Virus record (IMG/VR): IMGVR_UViG_3300035003_000007
Location: 1-55,339 of that record
DNA: 55,339 nucleotides
DNA from: a virus
Taxonomy: Duplodnaviria > Caudoviricetes
Strand: one strand, 5' to 3'
This document shows, one piece after another, positions 36,501-45,965 of the stretch. The notes below the pieces were generated by a model, which was not told the origin of the DNA, ran no database searches, and saw only the letters and a list, made by a program, of their open reading frames with translations. Numbering within the stretch: the first letter of the stretch is position 1; every line of letters begins with the position of its first letter. Position numbers and translations under genes: made by a program.

Positions 36501-37454
36501 ATGCCCCGTGCCATCGGCGCGAATTGCCGCATGCTCATGCTGCCCGAGACCACCTACGGCACCGCACCCGGCAGCAACTGGCGGCGCATGCCGTTCCTGT
36601 CTTGCGACTTGGGCGCCGAGCAGCCGCTGCTCGATGCGGATGTCATCGGCGTTGGCAGCAATCGCGATCCGGCCGCACCTTTCCTCGACACGGTGACGGT
36701 CGCCGGCCAGGCGGTGGTGCCGGTCGACCTGATCAACATCGGGCACTGGCTGCGGCTGCTGCTCGGCGCACCGACCACCACCGGCAGCACCAACTTCATC
36801 CACACCTTCGGCTCGGGCGCGGCCGCGCTGCCCAGCAACGCGATGGAGATCGGCTATCCCGACGTGCCGTCCTTCGACGTATGCACCGGCGTGCGCGCCG
36901 ACACCTTGGAGATGGACTTCACGCCAACCGGCGCGGCGACGGCGACCTTCGGGCTGCTGGGCCAGGGCTCGGTGCGCACGGGCGCCACCTCAGGCGGCAC
37001 GCCGACCAGCGCGGCCTACACCGCCTTCAACAAGGCGCAGGGGTCCATCACGCGCAGCGGCTCGGCGCTGGCGCAGGTGACCGGGGCGCGGCTCAGCTAC
37101 GCCAACGGCATGGAGGCCGTGCGCACCATCCGCGCGGACCGCCGCGTCGAGGGCGTGGATCCCGGTATCGCGCGCTGCACCGGCCAGATCACCGTGCGCT
37201 TCGAGAACACCACGCTGCTGGCCCAGGCGCAGGCCGGAACCTCGGCGGAATTCGCGCTGGCCTTCACCATCGACGCCAATCGCAGCCTGACCATCACGCT
37301 GCACGAGGTCTATCTGGCGCTGGCCAAGACGCCGATCGAAGGACCAGCCGGCGTGGAGGCCAGCTTCGATTTCAGGGCCGCGTTCAACGCCACGGCGACG
37401 CGGATGATGACCGCGGTGCTGCGGAACCAGCAGGCGGGGACGGAGTATGCGTGA
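36501..37454 (+). CDS. Major tail tube protein
   Basis: AGGAG RBS; MPRAIGAN...ETTYGTAP...LGAEQPLL...PIEGPAGVEASFDFRAA. Confidence 0.88.
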   Translation: MPRAIGANCRMLMLPETTYGTAPGSNWRRMPFLSCDLGAEQPLLDADVIGVGSNRDPAAPFLDTVTVAGQAVVPVDLINIGHWLRLLLGAPTTTGSTNFIHTFGSGAAALPSNAMEIGYPDVPSFDVCTGVRADTLEMDFTPTGAATATFGLLGQGSVRTGATSGGTPTSAAYTAFNKAQGSITRSGSALAQVTGARLSYANGMEAVRTIRADRRVEGVDPGIARCTGQITVRFENTTLLAQAQAGTSAEFALAFTIDANRSLTITLHEVYLALAKTPIEGPAGVEASFDFRAAFNATATRMMTAVLRNQQAGTEYA

Positions 37455-37493
37455 TCGTGTTGCTCATGCCGGTAGGCCAGGAGGGATGTGTGA

Positions 37494-38495
37494 TCAGGTA
37501 TGCTCGTGGCTGGGGGCGGTCGCAGGCGGGCCCTCGGATATGAACCCGGTTCGAACAAGCTCGCCCAGATGCCGTGAGAACAGTTCAGCTTCTGCCCAAG
37601 CAGCACCGCCCATCGACGCCGCTCGAAGCAAGCTGTGGATCATCCCCTTCGCCAGAGTATCGTGGACGTTCACATCAGCCCCTTGCAGGGCGGCTGAGAG
37701 CGCTTCGCCTTGCGGCCGCAGCGGGTCGTGCTCCGCCAGATGCACAAGGGTCGGCGGCAGCCCCGCGAGGAGCGCGCCATCAAGGGGGAATGCCCCGGGA
37801 CAGGGGCGCGCTACCCGACCCAGGTACGCACCGATGTAGTAGGCGATGTCGTCAGGCTTCAGAACCGGATCGCGCCCGTGCGTCGCGATCCATGCCGGGC
37901 CGGTGTTGGAACTGAGCGGGCCGGGACACAGCAGCCCAAGCGCCGCGATCCGCGCTCCGCCGCGATCTCGCTCCGCAATTGCCGCAGAAAGCGCCAGCGT
38001 CGCGCCGGCACTTTCGCCCGCCATTGCAAGCCGCTGCGTATCGATGCCTTCGTCCACATTGGCCCCATGCAGCCAATCCAGAGCCACCATCACGTCATCC
38101 AGCGCCGCCGGATACGGATTCTCGGGCGCCCGCCGATAATGCAGCAGCGCGACCTGGAGGCCTGACCAGGCCGCGATGTTCGCTGCCACCGCGTGATACG
38201 AAGCGATGCTGCCGGTAACGAAGCCGCCGCCATGCAGGTAGAGCACCGTCGGTAAAGCCGCGTCGCGTGATCCGGAACGGTAAATGCGCAACGGCACTTC
38301 CCGCCCCGAGGCCGTCACGAAGACGTCGCGGACGCTGATCCCGGCCGGAACGGTTAGGTCGAAACGCCGAGCATAATGCTCGAAGCGATCGCGCCGAGCA
38401 GAAGGATCGCGACTAACCGGCATGTCGGCCATGCGGGTGCGCAGGGCGGCGAGGAACTCCGTGATGCCTCCCGCGTAGACCGGTGGCGTCGTCAC
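37494..38495 (-). CDS. Alpha/beta hydrolase, HSL-type esterase (cargo)
   Basis: YLHGGGF, YRRAPENPYPAALDD, AGESAG nucleophile, DPLR, GMIH. Confidence 0.92.
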   Translation of the reverse strand: MTTPPVYAGGITEFLAALRTRMADMPVSRDPSARRDRFEHYARRFDLTVPAGISVRDVFVTASGREVPLRIYRSGSRDAALPTVLYLHGGGFVTGSIASYHAVAANIAAWSGLQVALLHYRRAPENPYPAALDDVMVALDWLHGANVDEGIDTQRLAMAGESAGATLALSAAIAERDRGGARIAALGLLCPGPLSSNTGPAWIATHGRDPVLKPDDIAYYIGAYLGRVARPCPGAFPLDGALLAGLPPTLVHLAEHDPLRPQGEALSAALQGADVNVHDTLAKGMIHSLLRAASMGGAAWAEAELFSRHLGELVRTGFISEGPPATAPSHEHT

Positions 38496-39463
38496 TCGAT
38501 GCGTGCACCCGTCGCGCGGACAATCGGGGCCCAGCGCGCGACCTCTGCCCTGACAAAGTCGGCCGTGCCAGCGGGTGTCGTAGTGCTGATCGGGATCAAG
38601 CCCATTTCGTCAGCACGCGCGCGCATTGCTGGATCGGCCATGACCTCGTTAATGGCAGCGTTCAGGCGCTGCACGATCGCCGTGGGGGTTCCCGCCGGCG
38701 CGAAGATGATATTCCATGTGTAGGATAGATATCCGGGCAACCCTGCTTCGGTCAGGGTCGGAAGGTCCGGGAGTTGCGGCGCACGGTCGGCCGACGCAAC
38801 GCCGATCGCGCGGAGCGTCCCTGCGCGGATATGCGGCAGTGTCGTGGACAGCGCATCGAAGAACACATGGATGCGCCCACCGATGACATCCTGGAGCGCC
38901 GGCCCCGACCCGCGATAGGGAACGTGCTCGATCTGCACGCCCGCCGCTTGCGCGAACATCGCGCCTGACACGTGGTTCGACGATCCGTTACCAGCCGAGC
39001 CATAAGCATAGCGGTTCGGCGCGGCCCGCAGCAGCGCGAGGAGTTCGGACAAGTTCTGCACTGGCAGGGTGGCCGGCACTACCAGGATCTGCGGCACGTC
39101 GACGATCCGCACGATCGGTGTGAAATCCCGAATTGGATCGAAGGGCAGCGACGGGTAGAGCGCAATGTTGAAGGCATGGGTCGAGACGGTGCCGACCAGC
39201 AGCGTGTAACCGTCCGGCGGGCTTTTTGCGGCCAGATCGGCACCGATGTTGCCTCCGGCGCCGCCACGATTGTCCACGACAACCGGCTGACCGAGGTTCT
39301 CGCTCAGACGCTGCGCGACGATGCGCGCGAAGACATCCGTGGGCCCCCCGGCGGCGAAAGGCACGATCAACCGCAACGGTCGGGTGGGGAAGGCCGGCTG
39401 CGCGGCAGCCTTGCGTCCGAAGCTTATCGCCGCCGTAGCCGCGATGATGGCGCGCCGCTTCAT
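38492..39463 (-). CDS. Bug/TctC tripartite tricarboxylate transporter substrate-binding protein (cargo)
   Basis: Signal peptide; RLIVPFAAGGPTD, VDNRGGAGGNIG, PPDGYTLL, HVPYRGSGPA. Confidence 0.95.
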   Translation of the reverse strand: MKRRAIIAATAAISFGRKAAAQPAFPTRPLRLIVPFAAGGPTDVFARIVAQRLSENLGQPVVVDNRGGAGGNIGADLAAKSPPDGYTLLVGTVSTHAFNIALYPSLPFDPIRDFTPIVRIVDVPQILVVPATLPVQNLSELLALLRAAPNRYAYGSAGNGSSNHVSGAMFAQAAGVQIEHVPYRGSGPALQDVIGGRIHVFFDALSTTLPHIRAGTLRAIGVASADRAPQLPDLPTLTEAGLPGYLSYTWNIIFAPAGTPTAIVQRLNAAINEVMADPAMRARADEMGLIPISTTTPAGTADFVRAEVARWAPIVRATGARIE

Positions 39464-39631
39464 TCTGCCGCTTCCTCTGCCGTTATCGTAGGTGCCTCAC
39501 GCAGACCAAGGACACGTCACCCACCATAGGCGGGTCAAGAGGTCCTGACGCCATCCAAACCGCGCCGCGCCACAGCTTGGGTCGGCCCAGCCGGATTCCC
39601 GATCGCCTCTCGCATCAAAGGAAGCCTTGCT

Positions 39632-40009
39632 ATGCTCACCCTCGACCTCCCCGTCGAGCCGTACTGGCTCGACCTGCCGCGCGGCGTCCGCGTGGAAATC
39701 CGCCCCGTCACCACCGCCGTGATGGCCGCCGCCCAGGCCGGCTCCGCCCGTCGCCTCGGTGCGCTGCGGGCCGCGGAGGCCGATCTCGACCCCGACATGG
39801 CGCGCGGCCTCGCCTTCGCCTTCCTGGTCAAGGCGTTGGCCCGCCACGCCGTCACCGCCTGGGACGGCGTCGGCGACGCCGCCGGCAAGCCGCTGCAGCT
39901 CTCGCCCGAGGCGGTCGAGCGGCTGATGGACATGGACGACATCGCCGCCGCCTTCTGGGAGCGCGCCACCGGCCCGGTCGCCGCGGTAGCCGCCGAGGGA
40001 AACGCCTGA
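39632..40009 (+). CDS. Tail assembly chaperone (gpG-like)
   Basis: MLTLDL..EPYWLDLPRGVRV...AVTAWDGVGD; ends EGNA* over a slippery site. Confidence 0.85.
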   Translation: MLTLDLPVEPYWLDLPRGVRVEIRPVTTAVMAAAQAGSARRLGALRAAEADLDPDMARGLAFAFLVKALARHAVTAWDGVGDAAGKPLQLSPEAVERLMDMDDIAAAFWERATGPVAAVAAEGNA

Positions 40010-40311
40010 GGGCCCGCGCCGAGTGGCACTTCGGCTCCGGGCCCGATTACTGCCGCGGCTGCGCGGCCCTCGATCGCGACTGCGGCCTCGCCTGCCCCTA
40101 CGCCGCCCACGCGCCGGCCAGCGTCGAGGGCGCTGCCTGCTGGGCCGCCGGCACCACCTGCGTGACGCCGGGGATGACGACCCTGGAGCTCGACATGGCG
40201 AGCGCGCTGGCGACGGCGCGCGCGATGGGCGCGACCGGCTGGGCCGCGGCCGAGATGCTCGTGGCCCTCGCCGCGGGCATGGCGGCCGGCGTCGCCTCTC
40301 TCCGGGGATGA
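39997..40311 (+). CDS. gpT-like extension reached by programmed -1 frameshift
   Basis: In-frame G GGA AAC heptamer (39997-40003) with a hairpin at 40010-40044. The -1 frame reads GKRLRARAEWHFGSGPDYCRGC...*. Confidence 0.8.
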   Translation, partial: GKRLRARAEWHFGSGPDYCRGCAALDRDCGLACPYAAHAPASVEGAACWAAGTTCVTPGMTTLELDMASALATARAMGATGWAAAEMLVALAAGMAAGVASLRG

Positions 40312-40462
40312 AGCATCGTCACGCCGCGCAAGTGTCTCCGTGCGTGGCTGCAAACGCGCTCGGCTGCGCTATGGATAGGCGACGCCGCTCGTGTCTGCTG
40401 TCTGGCACTCGTCAATGGGCGGAGGCTGGGCGGCGCCGTAGGCCGCGAGGAGAATCTTTGGC

Positions 40463-41521
40463 ATGGCGGCGAACCCCTACAGCGACCTACCTGACAGTGC
40501 ATTCTGGCGCAGATCGGTGAGCCGGCAGCCGCGCGACGTAGACCCGATCGTCACGCCAAAATTCGTCATCCCACGCAACGCAAAAATAGCCACCGCCGGT
40601 AGCTGCTTCGCCCAGCACATTTCTCGCACATTGGTGGGAAATGGCTTCAACTACCTTGTGACGGAAACAGGACCCCAGGACCGTAATTTCGGAGTATTTT
40701 CCGCTCGGTATGGCAACATCTACACCATCCGTCAGCTCAACCAACTTCTGCGTCGGTGCTACTCGCTGTTCGAGCCTGTCGATGACATCTGGGAGACGCC
40801 GGCAGGCCGCTACATCGACCCGTTCCGCCCGCTCGCGGAGCCGGGCGGGTTCGGCACCGTTGACGAATTACGACGGGATCGGGACGCCCACTTCGCAGCA
40901 ACCCGAACCATGTTCGAAGGGGCAGACGTCTTCATTTTCACCCTCGGGCTCACGGAGGGATGGGTGTCGATAGCGGATGGCGCCGTTTACCCTTTTGCCC
41001 CGGGCGTGATGGCCAATTCCCCGGAGGGCGCGAACATCGCCTTCCACAACTTCAGCGTCGCGGAAATGACCGACGATCTCCGCGCCTTCATTGCCGATGT
41101 CCGGAGGCTGCGGCCTAGCATCCGCTTCATTCTCACGGTGTCGCCTGTTCCGCTCATCGCCACCTACGAGGCCCGGCATGTGCTTGTGTCGACCGTCTAC
41201 AGCAAGTCGGCGCTCCGGGTGGTGGCGGATGAATTGTGCAAAAACGACCCCGACGTGGAGTATTTTCCCTCATTTGAGATCGTGGCAGGTCATCAATCCC
41301 GTGGCGCCTTCTTTGCCGATGATATGCGGGAGGTGAGTGCCGAGGGCGTCGATCACGTCATGGGGATCTTCACTCGCCACTACCTGACACAGGCTGCTGA
41401 TGGCCCGAGCCAAGATCCAGTCAGTCCGTCGGTCGCGCAGCCAAGGCAGGCGGGCCCAGCTGGAGCAGATATTGATTCGTTGATGGGCATCATCTGCGAT
41501 GAAGAGATCCTCGACCGGTGA
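40463..41521 (+). CDS. GSCFA domain protein (SGNH-like, polysaccharide associated; cargo)
   Basis: IATAGSCFAQHI, FSARYGNIYT, FIFTLGLTEGW, LTVSPVPL, YSKSALR, YFPSFEI. Confidence 0.92.
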   Translation: MAANPYSDLPDSAFWRRSVSRQPRDVDPIVTPKFVIPRNAKIATAGSCFAQHISRTLVGNGFNYLVTETGPQDRNFGVFSARYGNIYTIRQLNQLLRRCYSLFEPVDDIWETPAGRYIDPFRPLAEPGGFGTVDELRRDRDAHFAATRTMFEGADVFIFTLGLTEGWVSIADGAVYPFAPGVMANSPEGANIAFHNFSVAEMTDDLRAFIADVRRLRPSIRFILTVSPVPLIATYEARHVLVSTVYSKSALRVVADELCKNDPDVEYFPSFEIVAGHQSRGAFFADDMREVSAEGVDHVMGIFTRHYLTQAADGPSQDPVSPSVAQPRQAGPAGADIDSLMGIICDEEILDR

Positions 41522-42426
41522 GGATCGGCGTCGTCGGAAACTGTCAAGCAACTGGCTTCGGTCGAAGCTTGCAACTGGCTGCCCCTGGCCACGAGGTGTT
41601 CATCGTAGGGCTCGATCGGCTGCCGGCCGACACTGACCATGTCGCCCTGGGACAGAGCCTATGGGCCAGCGATGTCGTCTTCGTGCAGAGAGGAATTCTC
41701 GATAGCCACAAGGCGTTCCAAGCGCCGGGAGACCAGGCGAACGACGCGCGCGTGTTCGTCTTCCCGGCCATTGGGTTCACAGGCTTCCATCCAGACTGCG
41801 TGTATCTGCGTGATGGCGCAGGCGGCATGATCCACGGCGCTGCTGGGCCCTATCACTCGGCACTGGTGGCGGCCTGCTTCCTCGAAGGGCTCACGCTTGA
41901 GCGGGCAATGAGGCTGCACAACAGTCTGGTCTATGCACACCTCGGATATTTCGATCGCTATGCGAGTGACTACACGCACCTAAAAAAACATTTCCGGTTT
42001 GTGGGGTTTTCGCTGGACGGGACAATCAGGAACGGTCCGCCCGTCTTTATGCACACAGTCAACCATCCCCGCATCGAGATGCTTTTCGGGCTTGCTCGGC
42101 AGGCGGCGCGGTTGGTTGGGCTAAACCCCAAAGCGGCAACACCACCTGACGATGAGTTGGCTGGCGGGTATGTCTGGCCGGTCTATCCGGAAATTGCCAC
42201 GCGTATCGGCGTTGTGGGCAGCCGAACGTTCTCGGCTCATGGAAACCCGATCGAGCTCGAAGAGGTCTGTCGCCGTTCCTTCGAGCTCTTTGCAAGGGGC
42301 GGCGTTGGGGAGCCGCTGCCGCCCGCGGTCTTGCGGGCCCGCGAGTTTATTCGGCGTGAGGTGATCGGCCTGACTGCCCTACCGCCCCCAACTGCCGATG
42401 CGCCCCCGTCCTCACACGCGCCGTGA
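41518..42426 (+). CDS. WcbI-family polysaccharide biosynthesis protein (putative methyltransferase; cargo)
   Basis: VVGNCQA, FPAIGFTGFHPD, GPYHSAL, FMHTVNHP, WPVYPEIA. Confidence 0.85.
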   Translation: MRIGVVGNCQATGFGRSLQLAAPGHEVFIVGLDRLPADTDHVALGQSLWASDVVFVQRGILDSHKAFQAPGDQANDARVFVFPAIGFTGFHPDCVYLRDGAGGMIHGAAGPYHSALVAACFLEGLTLERAMRLHNSLVYAHLGYFDRYASDYTHLKKHFRFVGFSLDGTIRNGPPVFMHTVNHPRIEMLFGLARQAARLVGLNPKAATPPDDELAGGYVWPVYPEIATRIGVVGSRTFSAHGNPIELEEVCRRSFELFARGGVGEPLPPAVLRAREFIRREVIGLTALPPPTADAPPSSHAP

Positions 42427-42508
42427 GACGCAGCTTCCAGCGGATATCGCCATCGGGACAAGCGCATTGGCTTCCGACCGTCGCGGCGTCGCAGTAATCA
42501 TCGTCGTG

Positions 42509-42955
42509 ATGCCCGATTCGCAGAGCCGCCGATCCATGACCGCCGAGACAGACCGGCTCGTCGGCCGAGCGCTTCGTCGGATCCGGCTGGCTCGGGGCAT
42601 CTCAATTCAGGCCGCGGCAGACCATTTCGGCGTCTCCTTTCAACTCTTGAGTCGGGTTGAGCGCGGCAAGGTGCGGCTGCACGCCGGCGACCTGCACCGA
42701 ATGGCGGTGTTTTTCGAGGCGCCGATCGCAGCGTTTTATGATGAAGTCTCTGAAGGCGGCGGACATCCGAATTTGACCGACGAGGAACGACAACGGGCGC
42801 CCGACGTGTCGCTGGCGTTCATGCGGGCCGTCTTTCAAATTCGGGATGAAGCAGCCCTGACGGCGCTCTTGGCCGTGTCGCGAGCGCTGGCCGAAGCGTC
42901 AGCAGCAGCAAGCCGCGGCGATTGCGCAAACGTCGATCGGCCAGATTCCATCTGA
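42509..42955 (+). CDS. XRE-family HTH transcriptional regulator
   Basis: DRLVGRALRRIRLARGISIQAAADHFGVSFQLLSRVERG; no C-terminal S24 peptidase. Start uncertain (42509 or 42536). Confidence 0.8.
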   Translation: MPDSQSRRSMTAETDRLVGRALRRIRLARGISIQAAADHFGVSFQLLSRVERGKVRLHAGDLHRMAVFFEAPIAAFYDEVSEGGGHPNLTDEERQRAPDVSLAFMRAVFQIRDEAALTALLAVSRALAEASAAASRGDCANVDRPDSI

Positions 42956-43148
42956 CTGGCGCCTCGGCGCCGAGGCAGCCGGCCCTAGCATGGCTGCCTC
43001 CCTCACGATCAAGAGCTTCGACGCCGAGGGCTTCTGGCGCTCTCGCAGGCAGGTCGCCGCAGCATTCTAGAACCGCGCATCCGCGCGGGCGGTGAATGTC
43101 GCCGCCGAACGAAAACAGCCGCCCGCCGCGAGAAGGAGAAGCCCTGAC

Positions 43149-45335
43149 ATGGCCGACGCCACCCGCCGCGTCTCGGTCCGCCTCTCGCTGGACGACGCTG
43201 CCCGGGTGAAGTCCGGGCTGCGCGAGGTCGGCGAGACCGGGAGCCGCAGCCTGGAGCGCATCCGCGCCGGCGCGGAGGGCGCCTCACGCGGCCTCGACCT
43301 GCTGGATGCCGCCATGCGCGGCGTGCAGGCCGTCGCGCTGGCAGCGGGTATCCGGCAGATCGTGCAGGCCGGCGACGCGCTCACCCAGAGCCTGTTTCGA
43401 CTGCAGAACGCCACCGGCTCGGTCCAGGCCGCCGCGCAGGTCTATGAGCAGCTCTACCGCAGCGCGCTGCAGACCGGCGTCGCCGTCGCCGACAGCGCCG
43501 ACGCCTTCCAGCGCTTCTCGGTCGCGGCGCGCGCGATCGGCGCCACCAATGAGCAGGTGGCCCGCCTCGTCACGGGCCTGCAGGCCTCCGCCATCGTCTC
43601 CGGCGCCTCGGCGCAGGAGATCGGCAGCGCCACGCTCCAGCTTGCCCAGGCGCTGGCCTCCGGCACGCTGCAGGGCGACGAGCTGCGCTCCATGCTGGAG
43701 GCCATGCCGCTCCTGGCCGAGGCGTTGGCGCGCGAACTCGGCGTCGGCGTCGGTGAGCTGCGCAAGCTCGGCTCCGAGGGCCAGCTCACCGCCGATCGGG
43801 TGTTTCCCGCGCTGCTGCGCGCCACCGAGGCGCTCGGCCGGCAGCTGGAGCAGGCGCCGCTGACCGTCGCGCGCGCCTTCGGGCAGCTGCAGGTCTCGAC
43901 CGGCCAGTTCCTCGGCCAGCTCGACCAGGCCATCGGCCTGTCGAACACCCTGGCCCGGGCGCTTTCGGGCGCCGCGCGCGCGCTGGATGGCGTGCGCCGC
44001 GGCTCCGGCCTGACCCTGCCGAGCGAGGACCTGGCTGCCCGGCGCCGGCAGCTGGAGGGGATCGACGGCCAGATCGCGCAGCTGGAGGCCGGTTCGGCCA
44101 CCACGCCTCGCCGCGGCAGCGTCCGGCCGGGCCTCGTCGGCACCGCCGAGCAGCAGGCCGGCGTCGACCAGGGCGCCCGGCTGGAGGAGCTGCGCCGCGA
44201 GCGGCTACGCCTGATCGAGCAGATCGACACCGCCGAGCGCGAGGCGCTGATCCGCCGTCTCGACGAGCAGCAGACGGCCGAGCAGCGCGCGGCGGAATCC
44301 CGGCGCGAGCGCGCCGCGGCCGAGATCGCCGAGCTGCGCCCGCGGCTCGACGCGCAATTCCGCATCCGCCAGGAGTTCGATGAGCGCAGCCGCCGCCTCA
44401 ACGACGCGTTGGCCGCCGGCGCCATCGACCAGGCCGAGCGCGATCGCCTCGCGGCCTTCGCCACGCGCGAGCGCGACGAGGCGCTGCAGCGGCTGGAGGG
44501 CAGCACGCGGCGCGTCGCCGGTGCGCAGCGGCAGCGCAACGCTGAGGACCGCGAGGGCGCGGAGATCACGCGCGAGGTCGCCTCTCTCATCCAGCAGAAC
44601 GAGACGGCGACGGAGCGCTACGCCCGGCGCCTGTCGGAGCTTGGCCAACTCGTCGAGCGGGCCAGCGCCCGCGGCATCGCCCTGCCCGACGAGACCGTGG
44701 GCCGCGCCGCGCAAGCCGCCCTCGACGATCTCACCCGCGCCACGGCCGAGACGGGCGAGCGGACCCGCGAAACCAGCGACATCGCCCGCGACCTCGGCCT
44801 GACCTTCTCCTCCGCCTTCGAGGACGCCATCGTCCGCGGCGCCTCGCTCCGCGATGTCATCAAGGGCATTGGCGACGATCTGCTTCGGATCGGCACGCGC
44901 CGCCTGGTCACCGAGCCCCTGGTCGGCCTGCTGAGCCAGGGGATCAGCGGCGCGGCCGGCGGGGCGGCCAGCGGGGAGGCGGGCTCCTTTCTCAGCGGCA
45001 TCTTCGCGGCGGCTGCGGGCGCGGGTGGGCGCGAATTCCACCAGGGTGGCATGGTGGGCGCAGGTGGCGTCCCCGTCGCCCTCCCGGGCGCCCTGTGGGC
45101 CAACGCGCCGCGCTTCCACGAGGGTGGCTGGCCCGGCCTGCGGCCCGACGAGGTCCCGGCCATCCTCCAGCGCGGCGAGCGCGTGCTCTCGCGGGAGGAG
45201 GTGCGCCAGGGCGGCGCGGCCCCCACCATCGTGATGCACATCACCACGCCCGATGCGTCGAGCTTCCGGGCGTCGCAGGCACAGATCCTGGCCGAGATGA
45301 ACCGCGCCATGGCGCGCGGCCGACGGGGGCTCTGA
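43149..45335 (+). CDS. Tail tape measure protein
   Basis: AGGAG RBS; MADATRRVSVRLSL; QLAQALASGTLQGDELRSMLE tape-measure domain; C-terminal FHQGG...DEVPAILQRGERVL. Confidence 0.92.
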   Translation: MADATRRVSVRLSLDDAARVKSGLREVGETGSRSLERIRAGAEGASRGLDLLDAAMRGVQAVALAAGIRQIVQAGDALTQSLFRLQNATGSVQAAAQVYEQLYRSALQTGVAVADSADAFQRFSVAARAIGATNEQVARLVTGLQASAIVSGASAQEIGSATLQLAQALASGTLQGDELRSMLEAMPLLAEALARELGVGVGELRKLGSEGQLTADRVFPALLRATEALGRQLEQAPLTVARAFGQLQVSTGQFLGQLDQAIGLSNTLARALSGAARALDGVRRGSGLTLPSEDLAARRRQLEGIDGQIAQLEAGSATTPRRGSVRPGLVGTAEQQAGVDQGARLEELRRERLRLIEQIDTAEREALIRRLDEQQTAEQRAAESRRERAAAEIAELRPRLDAQFRIRQEFDERSRRLNDALAAGAIDQAERDRLAAFATRERDEALQRLEGSTRRVAGAQRQRNAEDREGAEITREVASLIQQNETATERYARRLSELGQLVERASARGIALPDETVGRAAQAALDDLTRATAETGERTRETSDIARDLGLTFSSAFEDAIVRGASLRDVIKGIGDDLLRIGTRRLVTEPLVGLLSQGISGAAGGAASGEAGSFLSGIFAAAAGAGGREFHQGGMVGAGGVPVALPGALWANAPRFHEGGWPGLRPDEVPAILQRGERVLSREEVRQGGAAPTIVMHITTPDASSFRASQAQILAEMNRAMARGRRGL

Positions 45336-45337
45336 TC

Positions 45338-45955
45338 ATGAGCTTCCACGATGTGCGGCTGCCCGAGGCGGTCGAGCTCGGCGCCACGGGCGGGCCGGGC
45401 TGGTCCACCCAGATCGTCACCACCGCCGGCGGGGCGGAGCGGCGCAACGCCAACTGGTCGCAGGCGCGGCGGTCCTACAACCTGGCCTCCGGCCTGCGCA
45501 CGCGGGCCGACATGGCGACACTGCTGGCCTTCTGGCACGCGCGCCAGGGGCGAGCCTATGGCTTTCGGTTCAAGGATTTTTCCGACTTCGAGCTGCCACG
45601 CCAGGCGATCGGCAGCACCAACGGCAGCACGGCCGGCTTTCCGATCTTCAAGCGCTACAGCTCCGGCGGCGTGAACCACGACCGGGTGATCACCCGCCCC
45701 GTCGCGAGCACGGTCCGCTGCTGGCAGAACGGGGTGGAGCGGAGCCTGGGCGGCGGCGCCACGCAGTTCGCGGTCAACCTCGCGACCGGCGTCATCACCC
45801 TCGGCGCCACGCTCGCCGCCACCACCGGCCAGCCGGTCGAAGTATCCTGCGAATTCGACGTGCCGGTGCGCTTCGACATGGACGACATGGAACTCGAGCT
45901 GCGCACCTATGCCGCGCAGCGCTGGGGCGACATCCGGCTCATCGAGATCCGCTGA
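45338..45955 (+). CDS. DUF2460 distal tail protein (GTA-like)
   Basis: MSFHDVRLP...GATGGPGWSTQI...ERRNANWSQARR...GFRFKD...EFDVPVRFD. Confidence 0.92.
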   Translation: MSFHDVRLPEAVELGATGGPGWSTQIVTTAGGAERRNANWSQARRSYNLASGLRTRADMATLLAFWHARQGRAYGFRFKDFSDFELPRQAIGSTNGSTAGFPIFKRYSSGGVNHDRVITRPVASTVRCWQNGVERSLGGGATQFAVNLATGVITLGATLAATTGQPVEVSCEFDVPVRFDMDDMELELRTYAAQRWGDIRLIEIR

Positions 45956-45965
45956 GGGATCCCCC

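Noticed and set aside
8980-36803. Long antisense ORFs (e.g. 8980-10515, 11479-13332, 13333-15117, 27104-29065, 32042-34345, 35184-36803)
   Set aside because: Shadow frames of high-GC genes: no motifs, and they overlap well-supported CDSs.
42509-42955. Prophage CI repressor
   Set aside because: No autocleavage domain and located in a tail cargo slot; not fully excluded.
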